A stretch of 64,000 nt of DNA, from NCBI GenBank assembly GCA_963828735.1, contig CAWHFW010000005.1, positions 1,248,001 through 1,312,000 of the forward strand, read 5' to 3'. The stretch is from an uncultured Gemmatimonadales bacterium (lineage in GTDB: Bacteria; Gemmatimonadota; Gemmatimonadetes; Gemmatimonadales; GWC2-71-9). The first letter of the stretch is position 1. Every line of letters begins with the position of its first letter. A program made the position numbers and the translations under genes. This document shows, piece after piece, positions 22,090-31,644 of this stretch. The notes beneath the pieces were generated by a model. That model searched no databases, was not told where the DNA came from, and saw only the letters and a program-made list of their open reading frames with translations.

Positions 22090-22754
22090 GGGCCAAGGCT
22101 CGTCGACGCCCGGGGCGGACTCGCGACGCCGCGGTGCGCGCCCCCGAGATCCTGACACGCCTGCGCGCGGCCTACCCGGACGCGCGGTGCGCGCTCGACT
22201 ACGGGAACGCCTTCGAGCTGCTCTGCGCGACGATCCTCTCCGCGCAATGCACCGACGCGCGCGTGAACATGGTCACGCCAGTGCTTTTCGCGGCGTATCC
22301 GACCGCCGAGAGGCTCGCGCGGGCTTCCCAGCCAGACGTCGAGGAGATCATCAAGTCTACCGGCTTCTTCCGAAACAAGACCCGAAGCCTGATCGGCATG
22401 GCGCAAGCGCTCGTGGCCGACCACGGCGGCGAGGTCCCCGGCACGATGGACGAGCTGTTGACGCTGCCGGGCGTCGGCCGCAAAACCGCGAACGTGATCC
22501 TGGGCAATGCCTACGGTCTCAACGAAGGGATCACCGTCGACACCCACGTCACGCGCCTGAGCCGCCTGCTGGGACTCACCCGCCACGACGACCCCGTCAA
22601 GATCGAACAGGACCTGATGCGGCTCTTCCCGCGGGACCATTGGGCGCTGCTGTCGCACCTGCTCATCTTCCACGGGCGACAGATCTGCATCGCCCGGCGG
22701 CCGAGATGCGGCGAGTGTGTGCTATCCGACATCTGTCCGTCCTCGACCGTCTAA
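22086..22754 (+). CDS. nth: Endonuclease III
   Basis: LSAQCTD, Hh[17 protein letters not shown], Fe-S motif C-x6-C-x2-C-x5-C. Confidence 0.96.
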   Translation: MRAKARRRPGRTRDAAVRAPEILTRLRAAYPDARCALDYGNAFELLCATILSAQCTDARVNMVTPVLFAAYPTAERLARASQPDVEEIIKSTGFFRNKTRSLIGMAQALVADHGGEVPGTMDELLTLPGVGRKTANVILGNAYGLNEGITVDTHVTRLSRLLGLTRHDDPVKIEQDLMRLFPRDHWALLSHLLIFHGRQICIARRPRCGECVLSDICPSSTV

Positions 22755-22924
22755 GCTCTCGCTGGGCAAGGAATTTGCCGTCTGGGCCGTCGGGCGTCAC
22801 GATTTCTCAGGATTCCCGCATCTATATTGCCGATCGGCGTTGCCGATCCCCGGTGGGATGAGCGGCGGTGGCGGTCTTGCCAAAACCTTAGAGCACAGAG
22901 GGTTAGTGTGCCTTTGAGCGGGGC

Positions 22925-24211
22925 GTGAGACAGTACGACGAAATTCCGCCTCCCGGGGCAGTTCTGGCCCAGCAGGCGCGTTCGCGTCCAGTGCGGGAAC
23001 TGAGCGAGCGGACGTCCGCCCCGATCGTGGCGGATCCCCCGACCCGCCGCATTCTGGTCGTGGCGCCCCAGCCGTTTTACCAGGACCGGGGGACGCCGAT
23101 TGCCATTCGCCAAGTGCTGCTGGCCTTGAGCGAACTGGGGCGTTCGGTAGATGTCCTGACGTATCCTATCGGGATGGGCGTGGACATCCCCGGCGTCCGC
23201 ATCTTCCGGTCGGCCAACCCGCTGCGCTTCGAGTCGGTGTCGATCGGCCTGTCGGCTCGCAAGGTCGTGCTCGACCTGACACTCACCATGGCGCTGCGCT
23301 CACTGCTGGCTCGGGAGCGGTACGCCTGTGTGCACGCCGTGGAGGAGGCGGCCTTTCCCGCCGCGATCTTTGCTCGCCAGCGTGGGATTCCCCTGCTGTA
23401 CGACATGCAGTCGAGCATGGCCGAACAGCTGAGCCAGCTCGGCCCGCTGAACCTGCGCCCCACCCGCTGGATGCTCGGGGTCGCGGAGCGGTGGCTGTTG
23501 ACCCATTCGGACATCGTGGTGACCAGCGCCGGACTGGCCCCACGAGTCCGCCGCATGGTGCCTCAATCCACCGTGCGCGAATGGCACTTCCCCAGCGCGC
23601 CGACAGGTGCCGATCCTAGAGAGGTGGCGCGTCTTCGCCAGAGCCTCGGCCTTGGCCCCCGCGATCGCGTCGTGCTGTACAGCGGGACGTTCGAGGCCTA
23701 TCAGGGCCTGCCCGAGCTGATCGGCGCCATTCCGCTGGTGCGTCAGCGCGTCCCCGAGGTCACCTTCGTGTTCGTCGGCGCCGAACCCAGCGAGCCCGAG
23801 CTGGCCACCGCGGCCCCCCATATCGAGTCCGGCGCGCTTCGCGTGCTGGACCGGCAGCCCCGCCATGAGATGCCGGCCTTCCTCGCGATGGCCGATGTGT
23901 TGGTTTCCGCCCGCGCGTACGGCGGCAATCTTCCGCTCAAGATCTTCGACTATCTCGCGGCGAGCAGGCCGATCGTCGCGACCGATATCCCCACGCACCG
24001 CACCGTGCTGTCGGAGGAGCGCGCGGTGCTGGTCGCGCCCCGGACTGAGGCGCTCGCGGAGGGCATTCTCGGCGTGCTGGCGGACCCCGAGCGCGCCCAG
24101 CGGCTGGCCGCCGCCGGGCGCCAGTACGCGAAGACCCACCTCGGCTGGGGCCGATTTGTCCAGGCAGTCTCCGAGCTGTACGACGACGTGGAGCGGCATG
24201 CCGTCGCCTGA
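22925..24211 (+). CDS. Glycosyltransferase family 4
   Basis: YSGTFEAYQG, PLKIFDYLAASRPIVATD (GT-B fold). Start codon uncertain. Confidence 0.88.
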   Translation: MRQYDEIPPPGAVLAQQARSRPVRELSERTSAPIVADPPTRRILVVAPQPFYQDRGTPIAIRQVLLALSELGRSVDVLTYPIGMGVDIPGVRIFRSANPLRFESVSIGLSARKVVLDLTLTMALRSLLARERYACVHAVEEAAFPAAIFARQRGIPLLYDMQSSMAEQLSQLGPLNLRPTRWMLGVAERWLLTHSDIVVTSAGLAPRVRRMVPQSTVREWHFPSAPTGADPREVARLRQSLGLGPRDRVVLYSGTFEAYQGLPELIGAIPLVRQRVPEVTFVFVGAEPSEPELATAAPHIESGALRVLDRQPRHEMPAFLAMADVLVSARAYGGNLPLKIFDYLAASRPIVATDIPTHRTVLSEERAVLVAPRTEALAEGILGVLADPERAQRLAAAGRQYAKTHLGWGRFVQAVSELYDDVERHAVA

Positions 24212-25163
24212 GGCGGCGCGTCGGACCGCGTCGGTCATCATCCCGGCCCGCAACGAATCCCACACCATCGCGCGGCTGATCCGGACCGTGCTCGAACAAA
24301 CCCCACCCGGCTGGACCACCGAAGTCCTGCTCGTCGACGACGGTTCCACCGACGATACCGCCGCCGTCGCCCGCGCGGCCGGTGCCCGCGTACTGGAACT
24401 GGGCTCGCGCGCCGGCGGTGGCAACCCCGCGGTCGCCCGGAATCGCGGAGCCCTGGCCGCAACCGGCGATCCCTTGATCTTCCTCGATGCGGATTGCCTG
24501 CCGGCGCCCGGCTGGCTCTCCCGTCTGCTCGCGGGCCATGAGGTCGGCGCGGCGGTTGTGGGCGGCTCACTCGACCTGCCGAGCGGCCTCTCGCCGATGG
24601 CCCGGTGCGATTACTACTGCGGCTGGTACCACGTTCACTCGCGCCGGCCAGCCGGCGAGGTACCCAATCACCCGCCGGGCAACGTGAGCGTTCGTCGCGC
24701 GGACTTCGCGGCCACGACGGGGTTCACGGAGCAGCAGCCGGTGGCCTACGCGCACGAAGAACTCGCCTGGCAGGCGGCCGTGCTTCGCCGTGGCGGCCGT
24801 ATCGTGTTCGATCCTCAGGCGGTCGTCTATCACTACAATCGCCCGGGCTTCCGCAATCTGCTCCGACGCAACTACCGGTGGGGATTCAGCGCCATCGAGA
24901 GCAAGGCACCGACCGGTGCGGCTCGTGCGGCCTGGGTGTACCGCTATCCCGCGGTGCTCGTGGCCGCGAGCGTCCCCCTGGCGCTGGGTAGCGCCGCCTA
25001 TATCGTGGCCTGCTGGGTCCGGGCGGGCAGGCTCGAGCCGGTCCTGATGCTGCCGTGCGTGCTTGCCGCGCGCGTGGCGTACTCGGCGGGCTTGGTAGCT
25101 GGCGCCGTCCGGTGGATGCGGTTCGGGACCGCGGCCGCGGAGGCGCGCCCGCGATGGGAGTGA
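24198..25163 (+). CDS. Glycosyltransferase family 2 with C-terminal TM segments
   Basis: SVIIPARNE, VDDGSTD, ARNRG, FLDADC. Confidence 0.9.
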   Translation: MPSPEAARRTASVIIPARNESHTIARLIRTVLEQTPPGWTTEVLLVDDGSTDDTAAVARAAGARVLELGSRAGGGNPAVARNRGALAATGDPLIFLDADCLPAPGWLSRLLAGHEVGAAVVGGSLDLPSGLSPMARCDYYCGWYHVHSRRPAGEVPNHPPGNVSVRRADFAATTGFTEQQPVAYAHEELAWQAAVLRRGGRIVFDPQAVVYHYNRPGFRNLLRRNYRWGFSAIESKAPTGAARAAWVYRYPAVLVAASVPLALGSAAYIVACWVRAGRLEPVLMLPCVLAARVAYSAGLVAGAVRWMRFGTAAAEARPRWE

Positions 25164-26314
25164 CCAACGGCGGGCCGCTCGTTTCCGTCGTGATGCCGTG
25201 CCTCAATGAGGAAGAGGCCATTGGGCCGTGCATCGAGAAGATCCAGCGGACCTTCGCCACCGCATCGCTGGAGGGCGAGATCGTAGTGTGCGACAACGGC
25301 TCGACCGACTCCTCGGTCGCCATCGCCGAGCGAATGGGCGCCCGCGTCGTTCACCAGCCGCTTCGGGGATACGGCAACGCCTACCTCAAGGGCTTCGCGA
25401 GCGCCCGCGGCCGCTACCTCGTCATGGGCGATGCCGACGACACGTACGACTTCACGATGATCCCTCAGTTCGTCCACGCGCTCGACGCGGAGCGATTCGA
25501 GTTCGTGACCGGGAGCCGGTACCTCGCGGGCGGCGACGAGAACATCACCGCTCTCCACCGGTACTTCGGCAACCCCGCGCTGACCCGGATCCTGAACCTG
25601 CTGTTCGGTACCCGGTACACGGACGTCTACTGCGGCTTCCGCGCGTTCCCGCGCGCCACGTACGAGACGATCCGGCCGGTGAGCCCGGGCATGGAGTTCA
25701 ACCTGGAGCTGGCGATCAACGCCGGTCTTGCCGGCCTCCGGACGAAGGAAATCCCGATCGTCCTCGCGCCGCGCAAGGGTGAGTCCAAGCTCCGGACATT
25801 CCGCGATGGCTGGCGCAGCCTTCGCATGATGCTGCTCTATTCGCCGAACAAGCTCTTCCTGGCGCCGGGCGCCACACTTCTGGGCCTCGGGCTGCTGATC
25901 CACCTCGCCGTGCTGGCCGGCGTCGTGCGGTTCGGCGGGCGGCCGGCTTCAGGCGTCACCGCCGTGTTCGCGACGATCTTCAGCGTCGTCGGGTTCGAGA
26001 TCCTCAGCCTGGGTCTCCATGCGAAGACCTATTCGTGGAGCCGGCGGTTCGACCGGGACAACCGCGCACTCGCTTCCTTCTACCGGCACTTCACATTGGA
26101 GACCGGCCTGCTGCTCGGGGCCGCCCTGGTGGCCGGCGGCGGCGCGATCCTGGTGGCGATTCTGATCGAGTGGTTCCGTTCGGACTTGCTTCCGCTGCCG
26201 CATCCCGAGTGGGTCTCGTTCGCGGCGACCCTCGTAATCATCGGGTGCAGCACGCTGTTCTCGTCGCTGTTCATCTCCGCCATGTCCATGAGCCGGCCCC
26301 AGGACGCTGCGTGA
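25154..26314 (+). CDS. DPM1-like polyprenyl-phosphate glycosyltransferase (GT2) with C-terminal TM domain
   Basis: VVMPCLNEE, DNGSTD, GYGNA, MGDADDTYD, GSR, TDVYCGFRAF, SKLRTFRDGW; four C-terminal TMs. Confidence 0.88.
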   Translation: MGVTNGGPLVSVVMPCLNEEEAIGPCIEKIQRTFATASLEGEIVVCDNGSTDSSVAIAERMGARVVHQPLRGYGNAYLKGFASARGRYLVMGDADDTYDFTMIPQFVHALDAERFEFVTGSRYLAGGDENITALHRYFGNPALTRILNLLFGTRYTDVYCGFRAFPRATYETIRPVSPGMEFNLELAINAGLAGLRTKEIPIVLAPRKGESKLRTFRDGWRSLRMMLLYSPNKLFLAPGATLLGLGLLIHLAVLAGVVRFGGRPASGVTAVFATIFSVVGFEILSLGLHAKTYSWSRRFDRDNRALASFYRHFTLETGLLLGAALVAGGGAILVAILIEWFRSDLLPLPHPEWVSFAATLVIIGCSTLFSSLFISAMSMSRPQDAA

Positions 26315-27936
26315 CCGCGGGCCGGGCGCCGTGGCTGGTGCTCGCCGTGATGCTCGTCTTGCTCGGGATCGTCGGACTTCGCGCCCGAGCGGCCCTGCGT
26401 CCGGGCCTCTGGGCCGACGAGATCTTCTCCCTTGCGATGGCGACCGGCCATAGCCTGGAACACCCCGCCGCCGTGGCCGACTCGCTCCACGGTGACTTCG
26501 TACAACCTGCCGGCGCCGAGCCTCCGCGGGTGTTCCGCCGGTATGCTGAGCTCGACGACACTCCGGCCGGGCCGTCTCGCGTGATCCGCGCGGTCCTCCT
26601 GTCCGATACGAGTCCCCCCCTCTACTACCTCTTGCTCAACTTGTGGGTTCGGGGGACCGGCACGTCGGACGCTGCCCTCCGCCTCTTCTCCGTCCTGTGG
26701 GCCACGCTCGCGCTACCGTTGTTGTGGCTGGTTGGACGCGACATGGGGGGGCCACGTGCCGGCTGGTCGGCTTGCCTGTTGTTCTCCTTCTCCCCGGTCG
26801 CGTCGTACTACTCCCTCGAAGGCCGGATGTACTCGCTGCTCTGGCTTCTTGCCCTGGCCTTGACGTGGCTCACCCTTCGCCTCGAGGAAGAGCGCGGCGC
26901 TCCGTGGGCGGCTCTCTGGGTGCTGACCGCGGCCGCGGGATTGCTGACGCACTACTTCTTTGCCTTCGTCTGGGCCGCGAGCGTCGCGTGGCTGTGGATG
27001 GGAGCACCCGGAGTCCGCCGCCGGGCCACCATCCTCGCCGCCGTCACGATGCTCGTAGTACTCCCGTGGTACGTCCTGGTGCCGGCTAGCATCGCGCGCT
27101 GGCGCATCACCGGCGGCTGGCTCGACGGCGCGCTCGCGTGGCCGGGCGCTCTGTCGCGCCCGCTCGCGTTGGCCGGCACGCTCGTGGGCGGCATGTCCGA
27201 GCTGGGCGGGTGGCAGTGGGCGGATGTGGTAGCGATGGCGACCGGAGCGGCGATCGTGTTCGAGCTGGTGCGCCGAGGATCCGGCGGCCGCGCCTTTTCG
27301 CGACCGGCCGGGTTGCTTTGGCTCTCGCTGGCAGGGGCCTGCGTCGGACCGCTCGTCTTCGACCTGCTCCGTCATACGATGGTGTCGACGATACCACGGT
27401 ATGCCCTACCCGGCCTGCCGGCGGCTCTGCTGCTGATCGCGGTCGCCATCACGAGCCTGCCGGGGCGGCTCCAGATGGCCGCCCTGGGCGTAATCCTCGC
27501 TGCGTGGCTGCCCGGCACCTGGAAGGTCGTGAGGACGCGCGTGCCCCGACCAGGCCAGCCGTATGCCGCGGTGGCGAAACGGCTCGAGGCCTGGGCCCAA
27601 CCCGGCGATGTCGTGCTCGTTCACTCGATCCCATCGGGCGTCATCGGAGTCGCGCGCTACCTCAAGCGCGACGTCCCGCTCGCCCCGTGGATCACCCAAC
27701 TGGGAACCCGCCACGTGCCGGAGGACCTCGAGCACGTGCTGCATGGCCGGCGCCGCGTCGCCGTGGTCTCCATCCACTCGCTTGGCCCGGACCCCGTCGA
27801 GCCCTGGCTCCGCGCGCACGCCCGGCTGCTCGGACGCGAGCGCTTCCGATGGTCCACGGCGACGCTGGTCTTCTTCGCTCCGGCGGCCGGTGAGACGTTC
27901 GTCACCAACACCGACGTGGCCGCGCGATGGGAATGA
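26311..27936 (+). CDS. GT-C fold membrane glycosyltransferase (GT39/ArnT/PMT-like)
   Basis: LWADE motif after TM1, DTSPPLYYLLL, ALRLFS, EGRMYSL, THYF; about 11 TMs. Confidence 0.8.
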   Translation: MTAGRAPWLVLAVMLVLLGIVGLRARAALRPGLWADEIFSLAMATGHSLEHPAAVADSLHGDFVQPAGAEPPRVFRRYAELDDTPAGPSRVIRAVLLSDTSPPLYYLLLNLWVRGTGTSDAALRLFSVLWATLALPLLWLVGRDMGGPRAGWSACLLFSFSPVASYYSLEGRMYSLLWLLALALTWLTLRLEEERGAPWAALWVLTAAAGLLTHYFFAFVWAASVAWLWMGAPGVRRRATILAAVTMLVVLPWYVLVPASIARWRITGGWLDGALAWPGALSRPLALAGTLVGGMSELGGWQWADVVAMATGAAIVFELVRRGSGGRAFSRPAGLLWLSLAGACVGPLVFDLLRHTMVSTIPRYALPGLPAALLLIAVAITSLPGRLQMAALGVILAAWLPGTWKVVRTRVPRPGQPYAAVAKRLEAWAQPGDVVLVHSIPSGVIGVARYLKRDVPLAPWITQLGTRHVPEDLEHVLHGRRRVAVVSIHSLGPDPVEPWLRAHARLLGRERFRWSTATLVFFAPAAGETFVTNTDVAARWE

Positions 27937-27962
27937 CTTCAGCTCCGGGTTATGTTAGCGGC

Positions 27963-28796
27963 ATGCCGACCGCCTCGGCGCCTATCACCACGATTCGGCC
28001 GCCGAAGGGGTGGGCGCCGCTCGACCTGCGCGAATTCGCCGGCGCGCACGAGCTGCTGTACTTCCTCGTGCTTCGCAATCTCAAGCTCCGGTACAAGCAA
28101 ACTCTGCTCGGCGCGGCGTGGGCCGTGCTTCAGCCGCTCCTCGCGATGGCGATCTTCTCCGTGATCTTCGGCCGGCTCGCGCGACTCGGATCGGACGGAC
28201 TTCCGTACGAAGTATTCGCGCTCGCCGCGCTGACTCCGTGGACCTACTTCGCCAACGCCCTCACCCAGGCAGGCAACAGCCTGGTGGACCAGCACCAGCT
28301 GCTGACCAAGGTCTATTTCCCGCGCATCCTGCTTCCGCTCGCCGCGGTACTGGCCGGCCTCGTGGACCTCGCGATCTCGCTCGTGCTTCTGCTCGTGGTA
28401 CTCGCCTGGTTTCACATCACGCCCACGCCGCGCCTGTTCGCGGCGCCGATCTTCATCGCCCTCGCGACCGCCGCGGCGTTCGCCCCCGGGATCTGGCTGG
28501 CCGCGTTCAACGTCCGGTACCGGGATGTGCGCTATGCGATCCCGTTCCTGGTCCAGATCTGGCTGTTCGCCTCGCCGGTGGCCTACTCCGGGTCGCTGGT
28601 GCCCGAACGCTGGCGCGTGATCTACGGGCTCAACCCGATGGTCGGCGTCGTGAACGGATTCCGTTGGATGATCGCACCCGCTGCGCCATTTCCCGGGATG
28701 GAGCTCGCGGCGGCCACCGTCACAGTCGCGGCGCTCCTGGTTGCCGGCCTCTATGTCTTCCGGCGGATGGAGCAGTCGTTCGCGGATGTGGTCTAG
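27963..28796 (+). CDS. wzm: ABC-2 polysaccharide exporter permease (Wzm)
   Basis: LRYKQTLLGAAWAVLQP, KVYFPR, YRDV, SPVAY, LNPM. Start could be 27933. Confidence 0.92.
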   Translation: MPTASAPITTIRPPKGWAPLDLREFAGAHELLYFLVLRNLKLRYKQTLLGAAWAVLQPLLAMAIFSVIFGRLARLGSDGLPYEVFALAALTPWTYFANALTQAGNSLVDQHQLLTKVYFPRILLPLAAVLAGLVDLAISLVLLLVVLAWFHITPTPRLFAAPIFIALATAAAFAPGIWLAAFNVRYRDVRYAIPFLVQIWLFASPVAYSGSLVPERWRVIYGLNPMVGVVNGFRWMIAPAAPFPGMELAAATVTVAALLVAGLYVFRRMEQSFADVV

Positions 28797-28841
28797 AGTG
28801 GCAACTCATCGAGCCGGACCCGATCGCCCCCAGAGGGCATC

Positions 28842-30095
28842 GTGATGAACCGGCCGGTGATCCGGCTCGAGCGCCTTGGCAAGCAGTATCGCATCGGGCA
28901 CGCGCGCGGGGCGCGAACGCTGCGCGAGGATCTGGTGGAGATGGCCCGTCGGCTGTCCCGCGGGCGGATCACGCCACCCACCTCCACGGTCTGGGCGCTG
29001 CGGGAGGTGTCGCTCGAGGTGGAGCGCGGCGAGGTCGTCGGCATCATCGGGGGTAACGGTGCCGGCAAGAGCACGCTGCTCAAGATTCTCTCACGCGTCG
29101 TCTCCCCCACCGAGGGATGGGCGCAGATCGTGGGACGGGTCGGTTCGCTCCTCGAGGCCGGGACCGGATTTCACTCCGAGCTCACCGGGCGCGAGAACGT
29201 CTACATGAGTGGCGCCATTCTCGGCATGCGGAAGACGGAGATTGATCGCAAGTTCGACGAGATCGTCGGGTTCGCCGATATCGGTCCGTTCCTCGACACG
29301 CCGGTGAAGCGATACTCGAGCGGGATGCAGGTCCGGCTCGCATTCGCCGTGGCGGCACACCTGGAGCCCGAGGTCTTGATCGTGGACGAGGTGCTGGCGG
29401 TCGGCGACACGGAGTTCCAGAAGAAGTGCCTGGGCCGGATGCAGGACGTGGCCCGGGGCGATGGGCGGACGGTGCTCTTCGTGAGTCACAACATGGACGC
29501 GGTGCAGCGGCTCTGCAGTCGCGCCGTCCTGCTCGAGCGTGGACGCGCGGTTGCGGCCGGCCCGACGGCTGAAGTCGTGGGGCAGTATCTCGCCCGGAGC
29601 GCCGCTCCCGCCGCGGCCGGGGCCTGGATCGACCTGTCGAGCGTCGAGCGCAGCGGGAGCGGCGTCGCCACGGTGCAGCAGGCGAGCTACTGGAGCGAGG
29701 AGGGCGCCGCTGGCGGCCGGCCGTTCCCGGACGGCCCACTCACCGTCGCCCTCACCGTCGAGGTGGCCGCCGCCTGTACCATCCCGAGCCTGGCGGTGAC
29801 GTTGTACGACCTGCAGGGCACGAAGCTGGTCAATGCCGATACGATCGCGATGGGTCATACGCTTCGGCTCGGGGCGGGCACCCACAGGCTCACCCTCAGG
29901 ATCCCCGAGCTCCACCTCAATCCCGGCGTCTACCGAATGGGCTTCTGGATCGCGGGGCCCCTGGGCACCATCTACGACCTCATTCCCGACGGCTGCGAGA
30001 TCGAGATCGTCGCCTCGCACGCGACGGGGCCAGGACGGACCGCCACGGACGACGGCCTGGTGACCTGCCGTCTCGAGGTGCTTGGCACCGACTGA
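28842..30095 (+). CDS. wzt: ABC polysaccharide exporter ATPase (Wzt) with C-terminal carbohydrate-binding domain
   Basis: GGNGAGKST, YSSGM, DEVLAVGD, VSH; ~150-aa beta-rich C-terminal extension (LNPGVY). Confidence 0.92.
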   Translation: MMNRPVIRLERLGKQYRIGHARGARTLREDLVEMARRLSRGRITPPTSTVWALREVSLEVERGEVVGIIGGNGAGKSTLLKILSRVVSPTEGWAQIVGRVGSLLEAGTGFHSELTGRENVYMSGAILGMRKTEIDRKFDEIVGFADIGPFLDTPVKRYSSGMQVRLAFAVAAHLEPEVLIVDEVLAVGDTEFQKKCLGRMQDVARGDGRTVLFVSHNMDAVQRLCSRAVLLERGRAVAAGPTAEVVGQYLARSAAPAAAGAWIDLSSVERSGSGVATVQQASYWSEEGAAGGRPFPDGPLTVALTVEVAAACTIPSLAVTLYDLQGTKLVNADTIAMGHTLRLGAGTHRLTLRIPELHLNPGVYRMGFWIAGPLGTIYDLIPDGCEIEIVASHATGPGRTATDDGLVTCRLEVLGTD

Positions 30096-30102
30096 CCCTC
30101 GG

Positions 30103-31644
30103 TCACTGCCCGGCCAGGGAACGAACCTCCGCTTTCCACAGGGCCAGGAAGAGACTCCGCCGAAGCGCATCGGAGGACGGTGCGGATCCAGCATCCGCGG
30201 CGGCGTGACGGAAATCGGAGTGGCAGTGGATGAGCCAGACGAGTGCGCGAAGCGGCGTGAGATCGGCCTGACCGAGCCCGAGGGCGTGGGCGTAGCGGGC
30301 CAGGCACTCGACACGAACCGATCCGGTCGCGCTCGAGGGATCCAGTGACCGCTCGAAGGAGAGGATCCGGCTGTCCCGCTCCCAGGCGCGATCCGCGCTG
30401 AACGACGCGTACGCGAGGTAGTACAGCAGGTCGAGCGCCGGGAGCCCCTCGTCCTCGGATGACTCCCAATCCAACACCGCCAGGTCATCCGAGGCGGTGA
30501 CGAACAGGTTCCACGGTCCGAAGTCGCGCTGCTCCGGAACTGCAGGCAGGTTCCCTATCCGCCGCACGAGATCCTCGCCCCGCCGCAGAAGCCCGGAATC
30601 GACCACCGGCCCGAACGTCTCCCTGAACCGCGCGAGCGTGGGCTCGACGATCGTCGCTCGCCAGTGATCGGCCGTACGCGTCCGGGCGCCGTCGCCAAGG
30701 CCGACGAGCCACTCGGTCACCTTCCCGGACCACGACGCCAGGCTCGGGGCGTCCAGTACGGTCTCCAGCGGGCGCCCCACGATGGCGGACTCGACCACGA
30801 CTGGAACCCCGTCGATCTCGCGGTGCGCCAGGACGTGCGGCACGCCGGAGAGCTGCCGTCGTCCCATGCGCTCGAGGACCTCCGCCTCACGCCGCACCCC
30901 GGAGGCCGCTTCCTCGACTCGGGGCGCCTTCACCGCAGCCACCGGCTCCAGGCTTCGGCCGGCGAACGCCAGCAACACGACCTTGCTGACCGCGCGTGGG
31001 CCGCCGGTCACCAGGAGCAACGCGATATCGTCGGATGCGCGGCCGGACGGGAGGGAAGCCCGCACCAGTCGAATCGGGTCCGTTTCCGCGGCCGACGGCC
31101 CACCTGGACGTCGCGCGAGGGCACAGATCCTCGCCCCGGAGCTCCCTCGCGCGACATCGCTCACACGGCCGGCGGCTTCCGCCAGCAGGCGTTTGAGCCG
31201 CCCTCCTCGCAGCCGCGCACGCCCGCGCACATACGCCTCCGCAGCAGGCGAGCCGACCGGGATCCAATAGACGGGAAGGCGGGCCGAGCGAGGCCAGCGG
31301 CGGTAGCATGCCACATCCTGGAACCCGGCGGCGCGAAGCCGAGCCTCGATCGCGCCGACCTCGCCCACCTCCGATCGCCACTCGGTATAGCAGGCGCCGC
31401 CCGGGACCAACGCCGTCCACAGCTCACGCAGCGTGGCTGCATCGGGCGAGTCGGCCGTGGCGAGGTCGCAGTCCCCCTCCGCAGTGGACTCGACGACCTG
31501 GCCGCCGATCATCTCCATGGCTTCCGCCACGGATCCTCCGCCGAAGCACAGGACGCGCCGCGGACGTGGCGACGACAGCAGGAAGCGCCAGTCGATCAGC
31601 CTCAGTCGCTCGTTGCGTACCTCCTCGAGCGAGCGGTCAGGCAT
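30103..31644 (-). CDS. Methyltransferase-like N-domain fused to an APH/choline-kinase-like phosphotransferase domain
   Basis: N-terminus RVLCFGGG...LRELWTALVPGG; C-terminus AAVK, REAEVL, QRDFGPWN, VLDWE, DL. Confidence 0.7.
   Translation of the reverse strand: MPDRSLEEVRNERLRLIDWRFLLSSPRPRRVLCFGGGSVAEAMEMIGGQVVESTAEGDCDLATADSPDAATLRELWTALVPGGACYTEWRSEVGEVGAIEARLRAAGFQDVACYRRWPRSARLPVYWIPVGSPAAEAYVRGRARLRGGRLKRLLAEAAGRVSDVARGSSGARICALARRPGGPSAAETDPIRLVRASLPSGRASDDIALLLVTGGPRAVSKVVLLAFAGRSLEPVAAVKAPRVEEAASGVRREAEVLERMGRRQLSGVPHVLAHREIDGVPVVVESAIVGRPLETVLDAPSLASWSGKVTEWLVGLGDGARTRTADHWRATIVEPTLARFRETFGPVVDSGLLRRGEDLVRRIGNLPAVPEQRDFGPWNLFVTASDDLAVLDWESSEDEGLPALDLLYYLAYASFSADRAWERDSRILSFERSLDPSSATGSVRVECLARYAHALGLGQADLTPLRALVWLIHCHSDFRHAAADAGSAPSSDALRRSLFLALWKAEVRSLAGQ

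Noticed and set aside
22860..22880. ops/JUMPStart-like GGCGGTGGCGGT before the glycan locus
   Set aside because: It does not match GGCGGTAG and is a common word at this GC content.
30103..31644. Aminoglycoside resistance phosphotransferase
   Set aside because: It has an APH-like fold only; the fusion architecture and glycan-locus context argue against a resistance role.
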